Of a stretch of 64,000 bases of DNA, positions 37,810 to 50,422 are shown in pieces. The translations under genes were made by a program, and so were the position numbers. The DNA comes from Octopus sinensis (lineage: Eukaryota). Position 1 is the first letter of the stretch; every line of letters starts with the position of its first letter. Under the pieces are notes generated by a model. That model was given only the letters and a program-made list of their open reading frames with translations, made no database searches and was not told where the DNA came from. Where the stretch lies: assembly GCF_006345805.1 (NCBI RefSeq), contig NC_043023.1, forward strand, positions 1,178,001-1,242,000, given 5' to 3'.

Positions 37810-38250
37810 CTGGTGGTGGTAGTGGTGGTTGCTGTGACAGTGATGATGGTTGTTGCAGTGGTGGTTAGTGGAGGCAGAAGTAGCTGTGGTGTTTGTCGTA
37901 GTGGATAGTGGCAGTCATGGTTTTGGTGGTGGTAGTGGTAGCAGCACTCTTGGTTATGGTGTGGTGGTAGTGGTAGTGTTGGTAGTGGTGGTTGTGGTGA
38001 TGATGGTAATGGTTGTGAGGTTGGGTGGTAGTGATTGTGGTGGTAGTAGCACTCTTGGTTATGGTGTGGTAGATAGTGGCAGTCATGGTTGTGGTGGTGG
38101 CGGTAGTGGTAGTGGTGGTAGTAGCAATCTTGGTTATGATGTGGTGGATAGTGGCAGTCATGGTTGTGGCGTTGGTGGTTGTAGTGGTTGTGTGTGGGGT
38201 GGTGGTGTTGGTTGTGGCTGTTGCAGTAGTGGTGGTGGTGCTAGTGGTGT
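37810..38250. repeat. (GTG)n-rich array with a ~65-bp higher-order unit
   Basis: GATAGTGGCAGTCATGGTT...AGCACTCTTGGTTATG repeated three times. Confidence 0.85.
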
Positions 38251-38364
38251 CCATCATGATTCTTATCTCCTCCTACATAATATATTAAAGCCGATGGATT
38301 ATCCAAAAGATCGAGATCTGATGTATTATGTATGGATTTGTGGACAGAAGACAACAATAACATA

Positions 38365-39920
38365 CCCACCACCACTTCCTGTACTACCACCTCCACTGTA
38401 GACTTCACAACAATCACTAACACTGGAAACTACACCAGCACAACTGCCACCACCACCACCAACACTGCTACCTTTACTGCCACCACCACCATCACCTCTA
38501 CAGCCACCACTACCACTATAGTTACCACCACCACCACCACTACAATTGTCTCTACAGCAATTATTACTACCACTACCAACTTCACAACTACTGCCACCAC
38601 TACAACCACCACTGCCAGCTCTACAACTACTACTTTCACAAGCATTACTACCACCACCAACACTGTCACCACTACCAACCATCGCCACTGCTATCGCCTA
38701 TACAACTACCATCACCACTACAACCTCCATTACCAACTCTGCAGCCACTATCACCAACACTCTTACTACTACCACCAGAACTATCACAACAACCTCTAAT
38801 ATTACTACTACCACCACCACTATAACCACTACTACTGTTTCCTTTACAGCATCCGCTACTACCACAACCATCAGTACCACCATTAGCAATGCTACAACCA
38901 CTACCACCACAAGCATAACTCACCTCCGCCAACACTGCCAAAACTACCACCATCACCACAACCATGATTGTGAACTGAACAACCAGCACCTCCATAAATG
39001 TAACTTCCACTACCAAACACTACTGCCCAAACTACCACTGTTACCACAACCACCACTAACATTATCACCCCAACCACAAACACTGTCGCTTCTACAGCAA
39101 CCACGACAACCACTACCACCATCACCACAACCACCAGCACTGTTGCCTCAACACCAATCACTATCACCACTACCACCCCAACAACCATCACCACAAACAC
39201 TGTTGCCTCTACAGCAACCAGTACCACCGCCACTACAACAACAAACACTATTACTTCTACAGCAACCACTATCACCACCACCACCAACACTCTTCCCTCT
39301 ATAGTAACAACTACCACTACCACCCACCACCACCATCACCAGAACCACCAGCACTGTTTCCACAACAGGAACCACTACCACCAGCACCACAACCATAAAC
39401 ACCATTGCTGCTAAAACAACTACTGCTACTACTACTACCATCACCACAACCACTGTTGCCTCTACAGCAAGCACTACCACCAATACTACTACCACTAACA
39501 CTGTTGCCTCTACAACAACCACTACCACATCACAACAACCATCAACACTCTTGCCTCTATAGCAACCACTATCACCACTTCTACCACCACCAGCACTGTT
39601 GCCTCTACAGCAACCAGTATCACCACTACCACCACCACCACCACAACCACTAGTATTAACTCTACAACAACTACATCCATTAGCATAACTACCACCACCA
39701 ATATTGCTATCACTACCGCCAAAACTACGTCCACCACTACTATCAAAGTAATCCTCAACAACAAACTACCACCATCACTACTAGCACCACCACAACAATG
39801 TAGTGTTTATTGCTACCTTTACTGCAAGCATCATCACTGCAAGTAACACAACTACCACTGCAACTGTTCAATGTCACACCACAAACTTTAACCTAACCAC
39901 TGCTACCACCAGAACCATCA
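38365..39920. repeat. (CAC/CTA)-rich array with AACACTGTTGCCTCTACAGCAACC minisatellite
   Basis: Visible in sequence. Confidence 0.9.
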
Positions 39921-40399
39921 ACACCATTGGCAGCAGTCACAGATTTTTCTCAGTCGCTGCATCATGTCATCTGGGTTTGTTGTGTCTTTGTTTTTGTTGT
40001 TATGTCTGTCTGAATCTGTGGCGTGGTGGAAGTGGTCATGTTGGGATTCTGGTTTGAGCATCCCATAAAATCCTTCGTAACATTTTCATTTTTTTGAAAT
40101 TTTCAGAAAATTTTGAAACTTGTGTTCTACACAGGAATTCATACAATTATGCAAAAAAAAAAAAAAAGAATTCTTTTTTTGTGTGATTTAAGGCTGATTT
40201 AGCTGTTGTTTTTAGCAGATCTCATGTCCACCTCATACCTTCTTCATTTCTTTGTCAGCCTCATATAAACAGGATTCCGGTTTAAGCACCCTATACAACT
40301 CTTCATAACTTTTTCAATTTTTGGAATTTTCAGACAATTTTTGTGAATTTGTATAAGTACAAAAGTAGGAAATATCCGGGCTACAAATGTTTCATAGCA

Positions 40400-40702
40400 A
40401 GTGGATTTTACCATTTATGAGTTCCCACTCGCTATGAAAAACATATATAGCCTGGATATTTCCTACTCCATTCCATAACAATCGAAGGAGAGGGGCTTTC
40501 TCTGTCTGGGTGGCGGATCCGTGGAATAAGCTGCCGGACGAGATAGTGAAGATGCCGACGACCGCTCGGTTCAAAGTCTCCCTTGACCACAAATGGCCTA
40601 ATCTCTTTGCATGAACACCACCCTGTACATAACTCCATGTCCCCCTACATGGCCTTGCTTTTTGCTTTTTGAGCCAAAAAATTAACTTAACTTAACTATA
40701 AC
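40400..40702 (+). mobile_element. CR1-group LINE 3' end with (TTAAC)n tail
   Basis: FSVWVADPWNKLPDEIVKMPTTARFKVSLDHKW; tail AATTAACTTAACTTAACT. Confidence 0.85.
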
Positions 40703-40729
40703 TCTTGTATATATATATGTGTGTGTGTG

Positions 40730-40945
40730 TGAGTGTGTGTGTGTGTGTGTGATTGTCTCTGTTTGTCCCTCCATCACCACTTGACAAGCGGTGATGAAGT
40801 GTTTACATCCCTGTGACTTAGCAGTTCAGCAGAGTAGACTGATAGACAAAGTACTAGGCTTAAAAAAACAGAAAATGTCCCAGGGTCAATTTGTTAAACA
40901 AAAACTCTTCAAGATGGTGCTCTAGCATGGGCCCAGTCAAATGAC
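40730..40945 (+). mobile_element. SINE family A, 3' half, diverged
   Basis: Collinear with the consensus 3' half. Confidence 0.7.
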
Positions 40946-41639
40946 TGGAACAAGTACAAGAATACCGCCACCATCACCATCATCATCATCATCATTGTTT
41001 AACATCCAGTCTTCCATCCATGGGTAGGATGGTAGATAGGAGCCAGCCATGTAGAAAACTACCCTAGGCTACAGTGTCTATTTTGGCAGGGTTTTATGGT
41101 TGGATGCCCTTCCTAACACCAACCACTCTACAGAGTGGACACACACAAACACACATATTGGTTTCAAATTCTGGCACAAGGCCAGCAGACACAGGACAGA
41201 GAGCAAGTTGATCACAATGACCCCATTGCTCAACAAACACTTATTTCATCGACCCCTGGAAAGATGAAAGGTCAAGTTGGTCACGCCAGAATTAGAACCC
41301 AGAAAAAGGAAAGTAAAAAGATGTCACTGAAGTATTTTGCCTGGCATATTAATGATTCTGCCAGCTCACTACCCAACATACCTATATATATCATGGACTC
41401 TACCATCATTAGACAACGTATGAGGGTACGACAATTTCTTACTGAATAACCATACAGATGATTTGTTTATAGTGGTCAAATGTTTCTGTACATGTAACTT
41501 AGTGGTTCAGCAAAAGAGACCGATAGAATAAGTACCAGGGTCGATTTGCTCGACAAAAGGCAGTGCTCCAGCTGGCCATAGTCAAATGACTGAAACAGAT
41601 AAAAGAGATAAGCTCACTCCACCTCCATCAAATTAACAT

Positions 41640-41810
41640 TACCTGTACAGGTGCACCGTGTGCCACATGTCAGATGATGAGATGATTGCAGAGCAACACA
41701 AAGTGAAGTGCTTTGCTCAAGAACACAATGCAATGCCTGATCTGAGAATTGAACCAGCGATCTAGCAATCTTGAGTGCAACACCCTAACCACCAAGCCAT
41801 GCACCTTCAT
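41640..41810 (-). mobile_element. CORE-like tRNA SINE head (family D-related)
   Basis: Minus strand GGCTTGGTGGTTAGGG...GGTTCAATTC...CTTGAGCAAAGCACTTCAC. Confidence 0.65.
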
Positions 41811-41899
41811 GCCTATATAACAGCTAAAAAAATAATTTTTATTTGAACCATGTTGCTTTTTTTTTTACAGCCATCAGGTATACACATATATAAAGACAC

Positions 41900-42509
41900 A
41901 CTTGTTTCAGTTACTAGACTGTGGCCATGCTGGGGCATCACCTTGAAGAATTTTTAGTTAAATGGATTGACCCCACTACCTATTTTATCTTAAGCCTGAT
42001 GCTTATTCTATCAGTCTCCTTTGCCAAACCACTAAGTCATGGAAATGTAAACACATAAATATCAGCAGTGGGGAACAAACACAGACACACAAACATACAC
42101 AGATAACTTTTGCTTCAGTCATTAGACTGTGGCCATGCTGGGGCACCACCTTGAATTAGTTGTCGAACGAACTGACCCCAGTACTTATTTATCGTATTGG
42201 TCCCCTTGCCGAACTGCTAAGTTATGGGAGTATAAACACACCAACATTGGTTGTCAAGTGGTGAAGATGGAACAAACTGACACACAGAGACATGCATTTG
42301 TATATACAACAGGCTTCTTTCAGTTTCCGTCTACCAAATCCACTCACAAGGTTTTGGTTCGTCTGAGGCTGTAGTAGAAGACACTTACCCAAGTTGCCAC
42401 GCAGTGGGACTGAACCCGGAACCATGTAGTTGGGTAACAAGCTACTTACCACACAGACACTCCTGTGCCTATCCATTGCCACTCCTGCACCTATGTATGT
42501 ATGTATGTA

Positions 42510-42546
<37 letters not shown>

Positions 42547-43110
42547 GTGTGAGTGTATATATATATATTTATATATAGAGAGAGTCAAAACTATTGAAAA
42601 GGTTGCAACATGCAACGAAAATTTTAGAAAGTAAAAATAAGAAATAAGTGGAAATTTTACCAGTGAGTGTGTTAAATAAGGCACAAAAAGAAAAGGACTC
42701 ACCCCAGACACAACAGAATATGCTTCAACACACGAACTCACATAAAGTATCTTGCAAACCAGATCCAAAAGCGAAATATTTATATAGACATATATATATA
42801 ACAGACATCTTTTAGTTTCTGTTGACTGAATCCACTCTCAAGTCTTTGATTGGCTCAAGGTTATAGCAGAAGACACTTGCCCAAGATGTCACGCAATGGA
42901 ATTGAACCCTGAACCATGTGGTTGGGAAGCAAGATTCTCACCACACAGCCATGCCTGCACCTATATAATGGGTTTCTTTCAGTTCATCTCTGAAATCCAC
43001 TCACAAGGCTTTGGTCAAACCAGTTCTATAGTAAAAGGCAGTTGTCTAAGGTGCTTTGCAGTGGGATTGAACTAGGAAATACATAGCCAGGAAGCAAAAT
43101 TCTTCCATAA
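41900..43110 (-). mobile_element. Cluster of diverged SINE family A copies and fragments
   Basis: Consensus pieces at 41900-42110, 42110-42470, 42800-42962 and 42965-43110. Confidence 0.7.
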
Positions 43111-43684
43111 AATCAAAAACACTTCAAACAAGAAAACTGCAACAAAGCTGCATGATAGTGGCAGCAGACATGGCATGCAGACCACCATATAACTTGTTTG
43201 ACATGTGCAGTGTGTTTTTAGCATCAGTGTGCACATGTGCATTGTCTGTTTGTTCTTCTCTTTTGCAGTTCTTACTCAAAGCTGTTTACAGGTCACAACC
43301 ATCTCACAAACCTGCGTTTGTGAGGACCACTCCACACACTGATGGCTGCGAAAAAAAAGCAACACAGTTCAGATTAATTTTTTAGCTGTAATCTTTTACT
43401 GGTTTCAATCAGTGAACTGTGGCCATACTGGAGCACTACAGTGAAAGGTTTAGTCGAGCAAAAAAGACTTGATTACCCATTCTGTTAGTTGCTTTTTGTC
43501 TGTTAGGTTATGGGAACATAAACAAACCAACACTGGTTATCAAGCAGTGGAGTGAGGGGAGAAACACAGATACAAACACTCCCCCCCATGTATATATATA
43601 TATAGTAGGGAATATAATTCCAAAACTTACAGGGAAAATTCAATTTAACAATTTTAAATCAAATCTCAATATATAATATATGTA

Positions 43685-43815
43685 TATAATTTAGAGAAAA
43701 AATACTAATAAACAATTCAAAATAAGGTTTTTTTTTATAGTATATGTTTTCTATAGGGTGTGAATAATATTTTTCTTTATTGAATTGTTTAATAGTGGTT
43801 TATCTCTAAATTATA
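43685..43815. repeat. ~45-bp inverted repeat in AT-rich Penelope-like remnant
   Basis: TATAATTTAGAGA...TAAACAATTCAA is inverted as TTGAATTGTTTAATAG...TCTCTAAATTATA. Confidence 0.65.
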
Positions 43816-44001
43816 AATATATATATATATATATATATGATGGGCTTCCATACATTTTCTATCCATAAATTCACTGACAAGGCATTGGTCGGTCTGAGGC
43901 TAAGATGCCATGCAGTGGGACTGAACTTGAACCACATGTTGCAAAGCAAACTTCTTAACAACAGAGTCATCCCAGTGTCTTAATGAGAACATTCAAAATG
44001 T

Positions 44002-44035
44002 CTTGACATTTCGGACGTTAGTCCTTCATCAGAAA
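44002..44035 (-). ncRNA. Minimal Penelope-type hammerhead ribozyme
   Basis: ttt CTGATGA a GGAC-taac-GTCC GAAA TG TC aag; GAAATGTC is one CpG-type transition from GAAACGTC. Confidence 0.7.
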
Positions 44036-44255
44036 GGAAAAAGATGAAGAGGAAACACAGGGAAATATAGACAGAGAAAGTGCATGAGAGAAAATTTAAC
44101 TTGAGTGGGGGCACACAGGGGGAGGTAAGGTGCTAAAAGCCAAAGGGCTAATATGGTTTTTAAGTAAACTTTAAAATTTACACTCTGCAGTTGTAAAATT
44201 AATTTTTGTAATTAAGGCTAATTAGACAATAACAACAGATTTTGTATCTATAAGT

Positions 44256-44286
<31 letters not shown>

Positions 44287-44429
44287 GAGAGTTGAAGTGG
44301 AGGGGTTTGGTCGTTATAAACAAACTGATTTGCATAAATCTACTTACACCAATGTGAGTTCATTAACTTAATTTTCAAAAACAAAAAAGATCTAATTAAA
44401 CACTTGGTGTTTAACTGTATAAACAGCTA

Positions 44430-45075
44430 GCTTCGTTAGCGTAAACAATGGCACGATAATGATGCTGATGCTGATGATGATGATAACAACACTGTTAATC
44501 ATCATCATCACCACCACCAGCATCATTATTTTCTCATCATTATCACTAGCACCAGCAGCAGCAGTACCACCACAACTGTCATCATCATCAACATCATCAA
44601 TGTCGTCAGCACCATCATCACCACTACCACCTCCATTCACATCTTTATCTTTTCGTTATCACCTTCACCGTCATCATAATTATGCCAACCGCCAGCCACC
44701 ACTGCCATCATCATCATCATCATCAACATAATCGTTGCCACCATCATAATCCTTATCATTTCTGCAATCACCATTGTTATCATTGCTACAATTAGCATCA
44801 TCATCATCACTATCACCACTATCATTGTCATCATCATCATTGCCACCATCATTATAATTCTCATCATCTTCATCATCATTAAAAGCATTGTCGTCATTAT
44901 CATCATAATCATCATCATCATCGTCACTATCAACATCATCATCATCAATTATTGTCAACGTCATCACTGTCATCATAACATCAGAACCACCACCATCTTG
45001 ATCTTCCTCTTCCTCCTTCTCATCATCGACACCATCATCATAATCACTGCCATATTCATTATTAACCACCACTAC
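44430..45075. repeat. (CAT)n-rich low-complexity tract
   Basis: Visible in sequence. Confidence 0.9.
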
Positions 45076-45082
45076 CACCAGT

Positions 45083-45381
45083 GGAGGCACATGGCCTATT
45101 GGTTAGAGCAGAGGACTCACGGTCAAGGGATCGTGGGTTCAAATCTCAGACCAGGCGATGTGTGTGTTTATGAGTGAAACACCTAAGCTCCACGTGGCTC
45201 CGGCAGAAGGTAATGGCGATCTTCTGCTGACTCTTTTGCCACAACTTTCTCCCACTCTTTCCTCCTGCATCTTGCAGCTCACCTGTGACGGACCGGCGTC
45301 CCGTCCAGGTGGAGAGCCTATACGCCAAGGAAACAGGGAAACTGGCCCTATGAGCCAGGCGTGGCTCGAGAAGAAACAAAC
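45083..45381 (+). mobile_element. SINE family B (V-SINE-like), full length
   Basis: A box TGGCCTATTGG, B box GGTTCAAATC, CTGTGACGGACCGGCGTCCCGTCCAGG body. Confidence 0.88.
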
Positions 45382-45854
45382 GAAACCACCACCACTACCA
45401 CTGCCGCCATCATCCTCATCACCATCATCATCGTCATAGCAATCACTATCATAGTGAACAATATCATTCATAGCCACCACCAGCACCAACCTCAGCAGCT
45501 TTAAGTTCCATACGACAGTTGGTTAACCAAAAGCCTTATAGATGACCACTTCACATTTGGCTGCTATTTCCAACAGCTCTAGCTACCATATAGAGGTCTC
45601 CATTTTGCCTCTTATGACAGCGAGAGTTAGAGTCTATAATGCTGATTAATGAATTTGTTATGGAAAACAGCTTAATGCAACAAGTACTGCAGCATCATCA
45701 ACATTTGATGTCAGTTTTCCATGCTGGCATGGGTTGGACAGCTTGACAGGGACTGGTAAGGCCAGGGGCTACACCAGGTTCCAGAGTTTGTTTTGGCCAC
45801 GATTCTACACCTGGATATCCTTCCAAATGCCAAGCACTTTACAGAGTAAACTCG

Positions 45855-46130
45855 GTGCTTTTTTACGTGGCACCATCACCAGTACTTTCTACATGGCACC
45901 ATCATTGGTGTTTTTTATGTGGCACCATCACTGGGGCTTTTCACATGGCACCCTCATTGGTGTTTTTTATGAGGCACCATCAGTGGTGCTTTTTACGTGG
46001 CACTCTCATTGGTGCTTTTTATGTGGCACCATCAGTGGTGCTTTTTATGTGGCACCATCACTGGTGCTTTTTATGTGGCACCATCACTGGTGCTTTTTAT
46101 GTGGCAGCAGAACTAGTGCTTTTTATGTGG
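45855..46130. repeat. 26-bp minisatellite (~10 copies) expanded inside an RTE-type 3' UTR (45700-46320, minus)
   Basis: Unit TTTTTATGTGGCACCATCACTGGTGC; ATGTGGC recurs at 46021, 46047, 46073, 46099. Confidence 0.9.
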
Positions 46131-46544
46131 CACCACACACACACATCGCCATCATCACTATTTAATGTCTGCTTCCCTTGGTGGTATGGAACTGACAAGG
46201 GCAAGGGCCCACACCAGGTTCCACAGTCAGCCTTGGCATGGTTTCTACAAATGATGCCAACCACTTTACAGAGTGTACTGGGTGCTCTTTATGTGGGACC
46301 ATCACCAGTGCTTATTTGTTTTTGAAGCTTTATTTGTGAAGCCTGCTACCTTTTCTATTGGACACTTTTGCTGAACTGCAAAGTTAAAGGAACATAAACA
46401 TACAAACTCTGGTGTCAGAGACAAACACAGACACACACACACACACACACACAAACACATGATGAGCTTCTTTTAGTTTCCATTCACTAAATTCACTGAT
46501 CACCATCATCCTCATCATGACCACCATCAACATCAATAACCACA

Positions 46545-46657
46545 GGCATAAGGCGTAGTGGTTAAGAGTGCAGGCTACTAACCCCAAGATTCCAAGTTTG
46601 ATTCCAAGCAGTGACCTGAATAATAATGATGATAATAATAATAATAATAACAATAAT
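46545..46657 (+). mobile_element. tRNA-derived SINE head (family E) running into (TAA)n
   Basis: A box GGCGTAGTGGTTAAG, B box GTTTGATTCC, then a TAA tract. Confidence 0.75.
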
Positions 46658-47165
46658 ACGACAGGACTATAAAAGCCAATAAACTGGATATCATTATAAA
46701 AGATCAGACAAAAAGGATGTGTTTATTAATTGACATGAGTATCCCTTGCGATCACAATATAGCGGCAAAAGAATTTGACAAGATTAGTAAATATAAAGAC
46801 CTGCTAATGGAAATTGAAAAAATGTGGCATCTCAAGGCGACTACAGTACCAGTGATTGTAGGATCTCTAGGAATGATGAAAAAAGGCACTGAAACCTATT
46901 TGAAAATGATTCCAGGCTTACCATCCCTACAGGAAGTGCAAAAAATCGTGTTAACTGGAATGACTCATGTACTGAGAAGAGTATTATCGCTGTGAAAATA
47001 ACATCCATCCATGAATTTATTTATTTATTAATTTTTAAATACGTATTTTATATGTGAATTTGCACGTGTAATCTGGGAATGCATACAATGCCCTTCTCTG
47101 CCCTAGGTGTATGGAAAACACTCGGCGAGAAACGGAAGAAAATTTGAAGAAGGAAGGAAAAAAAC
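46658..47165 (+). mobile_element. 5'-truncated R4/Dong-type non-LTR retrotransposon (REL endonuclease C-terminus plus 3' UTR) in (TAA)n
   Basis: DRTIKANKLDIIIKD...CLLIDMSIP...KEFDKISKYKDL...PVIVGSLG (PD-D-K REL motif with P>L); TAA tracts on both sides. Confidence 0.85.
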
Positions 47166-47394
47166 ATAATAATAATAATAATAAAAGATGGGCTACAGCA
47201 AATATTCTGCTCACTACCACAGATTTGCTTGTCAGTTGTTTGACCTTAACCAGTTGAGCATGTCCCTTAGTGGCTGATGATATGTGCATCTCTGATCATG
47301 AGCAGAAGTAGTGGGGGAGCATCATAGCCATAATAATAATAATAACATCGAAAAATTCCTTAAGAATGAGAACCCAGTTTTGAAATGTCCCCAA

Positions 47395-47440
47395 GACACC
47401 TGATGAAGGCTGGAGGGTATATCAGCTGGAACGTTGTGTT
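47395..47440 (+). ncRNA. Hammerhead ribozyme, probably inactivated (GAAA>GGAA)
   Basis: gacac CTGATGA a GGCTG-gagggtatat-CAGCT GGAA CG TT gtgtt; 5-bp stems I and II. Confidence 0.65.
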
Positions 47441-47869
47441 GACAACAAACAGGATGAGGACAAATATCTGTCAAATGTAAATAATGTAAATAATATCAAT
47501 AACCACCACCACCAAGATCTTAATTATTACAAACCCATACCCTACAAATCTCTGCCCCACCTCTTCAGGTTATATTGTAAATTGCCCCACCCAACCAAAG
47601 ATGGTGCCATGAAATTTCAAGAGCATCCTCAAATCAATTTCCTCAAAGAGTAAGGGGAAGGAGCAGTGCAAGGTAGGTTAGGAGGTGGGGTGAAGTTAGA
47701 AGTGAGGGGGGTTCAGTCTCGAGGGGAGGGGGTTACCCTGCCCCTATCAAAACCCCCTTAGCCCTCCATCATCTGCTTGCCTGTTCCTGTCCCTGCCAAA
47801 GTCTACTTTATATCTTGATGTTAACCCGACGAGGCATGAACATCACAACTTCAACTGAGACTGCACTAC

Positions 47870-49015
47870 TAACGCCAACACCATATCCACGACCACCACT
47901 ATTATTAGTACTACTACTACTTCTACAACAAGCATTACCACCACCACTCTCCTGGTGGCCGGACATGTATATCCTACAACCACCACCACCACCACCACCA
48001 CCATTACCACTGCCTCCACAACCACCACTACCAACACAATGACTACCACTACAATCATCACCATCACTATCATCATTACCATCAATACCATCACCACCAC
48101 CACCACCACCACCATTGTTACCACCACTACAACTACCACCACCACCACCACTGCCACCATTACTGCTACTGTTACCTTGTTACACTTACCCACCCTTGTA
48201 CAAAAACCTCACCACCCAGTCACCCTACTACCATCACCACCACCACCACCTACCACAACACTTCCCTCTCCTGCCAACTACTTTGCCAAACTCAAATAAA
48301 ACTATCACCAAAACCTCTGCCACACCCAAATGCCACTACCACCCCCACTACATCCCAAGGTAATTCTAAACATTACTCTACCCCTCCCCTCCACTGCTGC
48401 CAAACCCTATCAATACCACCACCAATACCATCAAGTCCTCAATTATAAGGACTGGACAGGTTCCCAGTCACTCCCAAAAACCCCTGCACTGGAAAACTGA
48501 AACATCAACCCTCCCCCACAACAAAACCCTACCACCGCTAACACCACCACCTACAACAGCAGTACTACAACCACAACCATTAACACAAGCACCAAAAACA
48601 TTACCACCACAACCAGCACCACCAAAGCAAATCCCACTACCGACACCACCACCACCACCACCAAAGCAACCACTACTACCATTACCACCACCACTACCAA
48701 AGCAACCATCACCATCACCACCACCACTACCATCACCACCATCGCCGCCGCCATCACAGCAACTGCCACGACCACCACCACTACCACCACCACCACCACC
48801 AAAGTAACTGCCACTACCATCACCGCCACAACCAAAGCAAGCACCACCACCATCACAGCAACCACCACTACCATCACCACCACCACCACCACCAAAGCAA
48901 CTGTCACAACCACCAACAACAACAGTAACCCTACAACCACCACCATCACCAACACCGCTACTACCACTATCAGCACTACCACCAGCACTAACAACACTAC
49001 CACCACCCTCACTGT
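47870..49015. repeat. (CAC/CTA)-rich low-complexity arrays
   Basis: Visible in sequence. Confidence 0.9.
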
Positions 49016-49957
49016 AACCTAAATCCCCAACCCCTACAAAATTTCAACCTCACCCTGCAATTTCTATTAAGGTGTTTGAAACAGCCTCCACCACTTACCC
49101 TACTATTGGCTTAATCCTTACCTCTACCCCACCACCATCCCGTCGATGTCTAAGTCCACCTTGTCCTCTCCACCACCTCTAGTTCTTCTATTCAATGCAC
49201 CAACATTTTTCTGGGACATTTAGTTTCTCCCCTGTCTGCACCTACTCCCTTCCCTCTTATTCACCTTCCCCCCTCCCCGCCACACCTCATCGACATGACC
49301 ACTTGACCAGTGGTGACTGCTAGCTTTGACTGTCCCCTCGCTTTTGGAACACTTTGTAGTTATGAAGGTGGGGAGGGTGGTGATGGCCGTGGAGGTGAAT
49401 GCATGTTCATAGAGATGCAGAAATACACGTGTGTATACACACACACACACAACCATTACCAGCTCATCACACATTCATCTAATCATACACATACTCAGTC
49501 ATCTAACCACACACACACACACACATACAAACACATATAAATTCACACACACAGACACACACACGCACACACTCATACTCAGACACACACACACACACAC
49601 ACATACAAGCATTATCAGCTCCACACTATCATATACTCACAAACACAATGGTATCTGATCACATATATACACACACACACACATGTATCTGATCACATAC
49701 ACACACAGTCATTTAATTACACAAACACAAACATACTATCATCTAATTACACACACATTTAATTACACAGAGGCACACGATGACCTTGACATGTGCCACC
49801 ATTTAATCTCACACAAATAGACACACACACATGCATGTACACACACTTCCTCTTCTGTACACACAAACACACACACACAGAGGTCTTTCTGCATACACAT
49901 AAACACACAAACCTTCACACAGGCATACACACACACAATTATTCTCACATATATAGA

Positions 49958-50118
49958 CACAGGCTTGGTTGTGTGGTAAGAAATCTGCTAACCAACGACA
50001 TGGTTCCAGGCTCAGTCCCACTGCATGGCACCTTGGGCAAGTGTCTTCTACTGTAGCCTCAAGTCGACCAAAGTCTTGTGAGTGGATTTGGTAGACGGAA
50101 ATTGAAAGAAGCCTGTCA
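49958..50118 (+). mobile_element. SINE family A, 5' half
   Basis: Head through GAAAGAAGCC, ends at the internal microsatellite. Confidence 0.8.
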
Positions 50119-50194
50119 TATATATATATAAATTATTATAATTATAAAGCAATAAGAAATCTCTGAACAAGATGTAAACAGTAACTGCATGACA

Positions 50195-50422
50195 ATGTAA
50201 AGTATACTAGCCATCGCTGAAGACAGGCAAATACCTAGAAACTGCAGTCAGTGCGTATAACTTAGGTAGATGAGAGAGGGATGACCTCCCTTTGCAAATA
50301 CCATAAGGGTACAGAAAGTGTGCCTAAAGCCAGCTGGTGACGATGTTCTCCTGGGGCTAAAAGCTACAGTAACACCCACCCTTAGTGGTTAGACATATTG
50401 AGATGGCTAGTATACTTTACAT
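50195..50422 (+). mobile_element. Penelope-like unit bounded by a perfect 21-bp inverted repeat, with hammerhead core
   Basis: ATGTAAAGTATACTAGCCATC 50195-50215 is inverted at 50402-50422; CTGAAGA c-agg...cct-a GAAA CTGCAG TC at 50217-50249. Confidence 0.7.

Noticed and set aside
38546-39304. 252-aa Pro/Leu/Gln ORF and overlapping Thr/Val ORFs
   Set aside because: Low-complexity array without stops in most frames
42703-42750. 48-nt minus-strand exon candidate (ILYVSSCVEAYSVVSG) with GGG|GTGAGT donor
   Set aside because: Weak AAG acceptor; sits in TA-flanked sequence that looks like a repeat remnant; no partner exons
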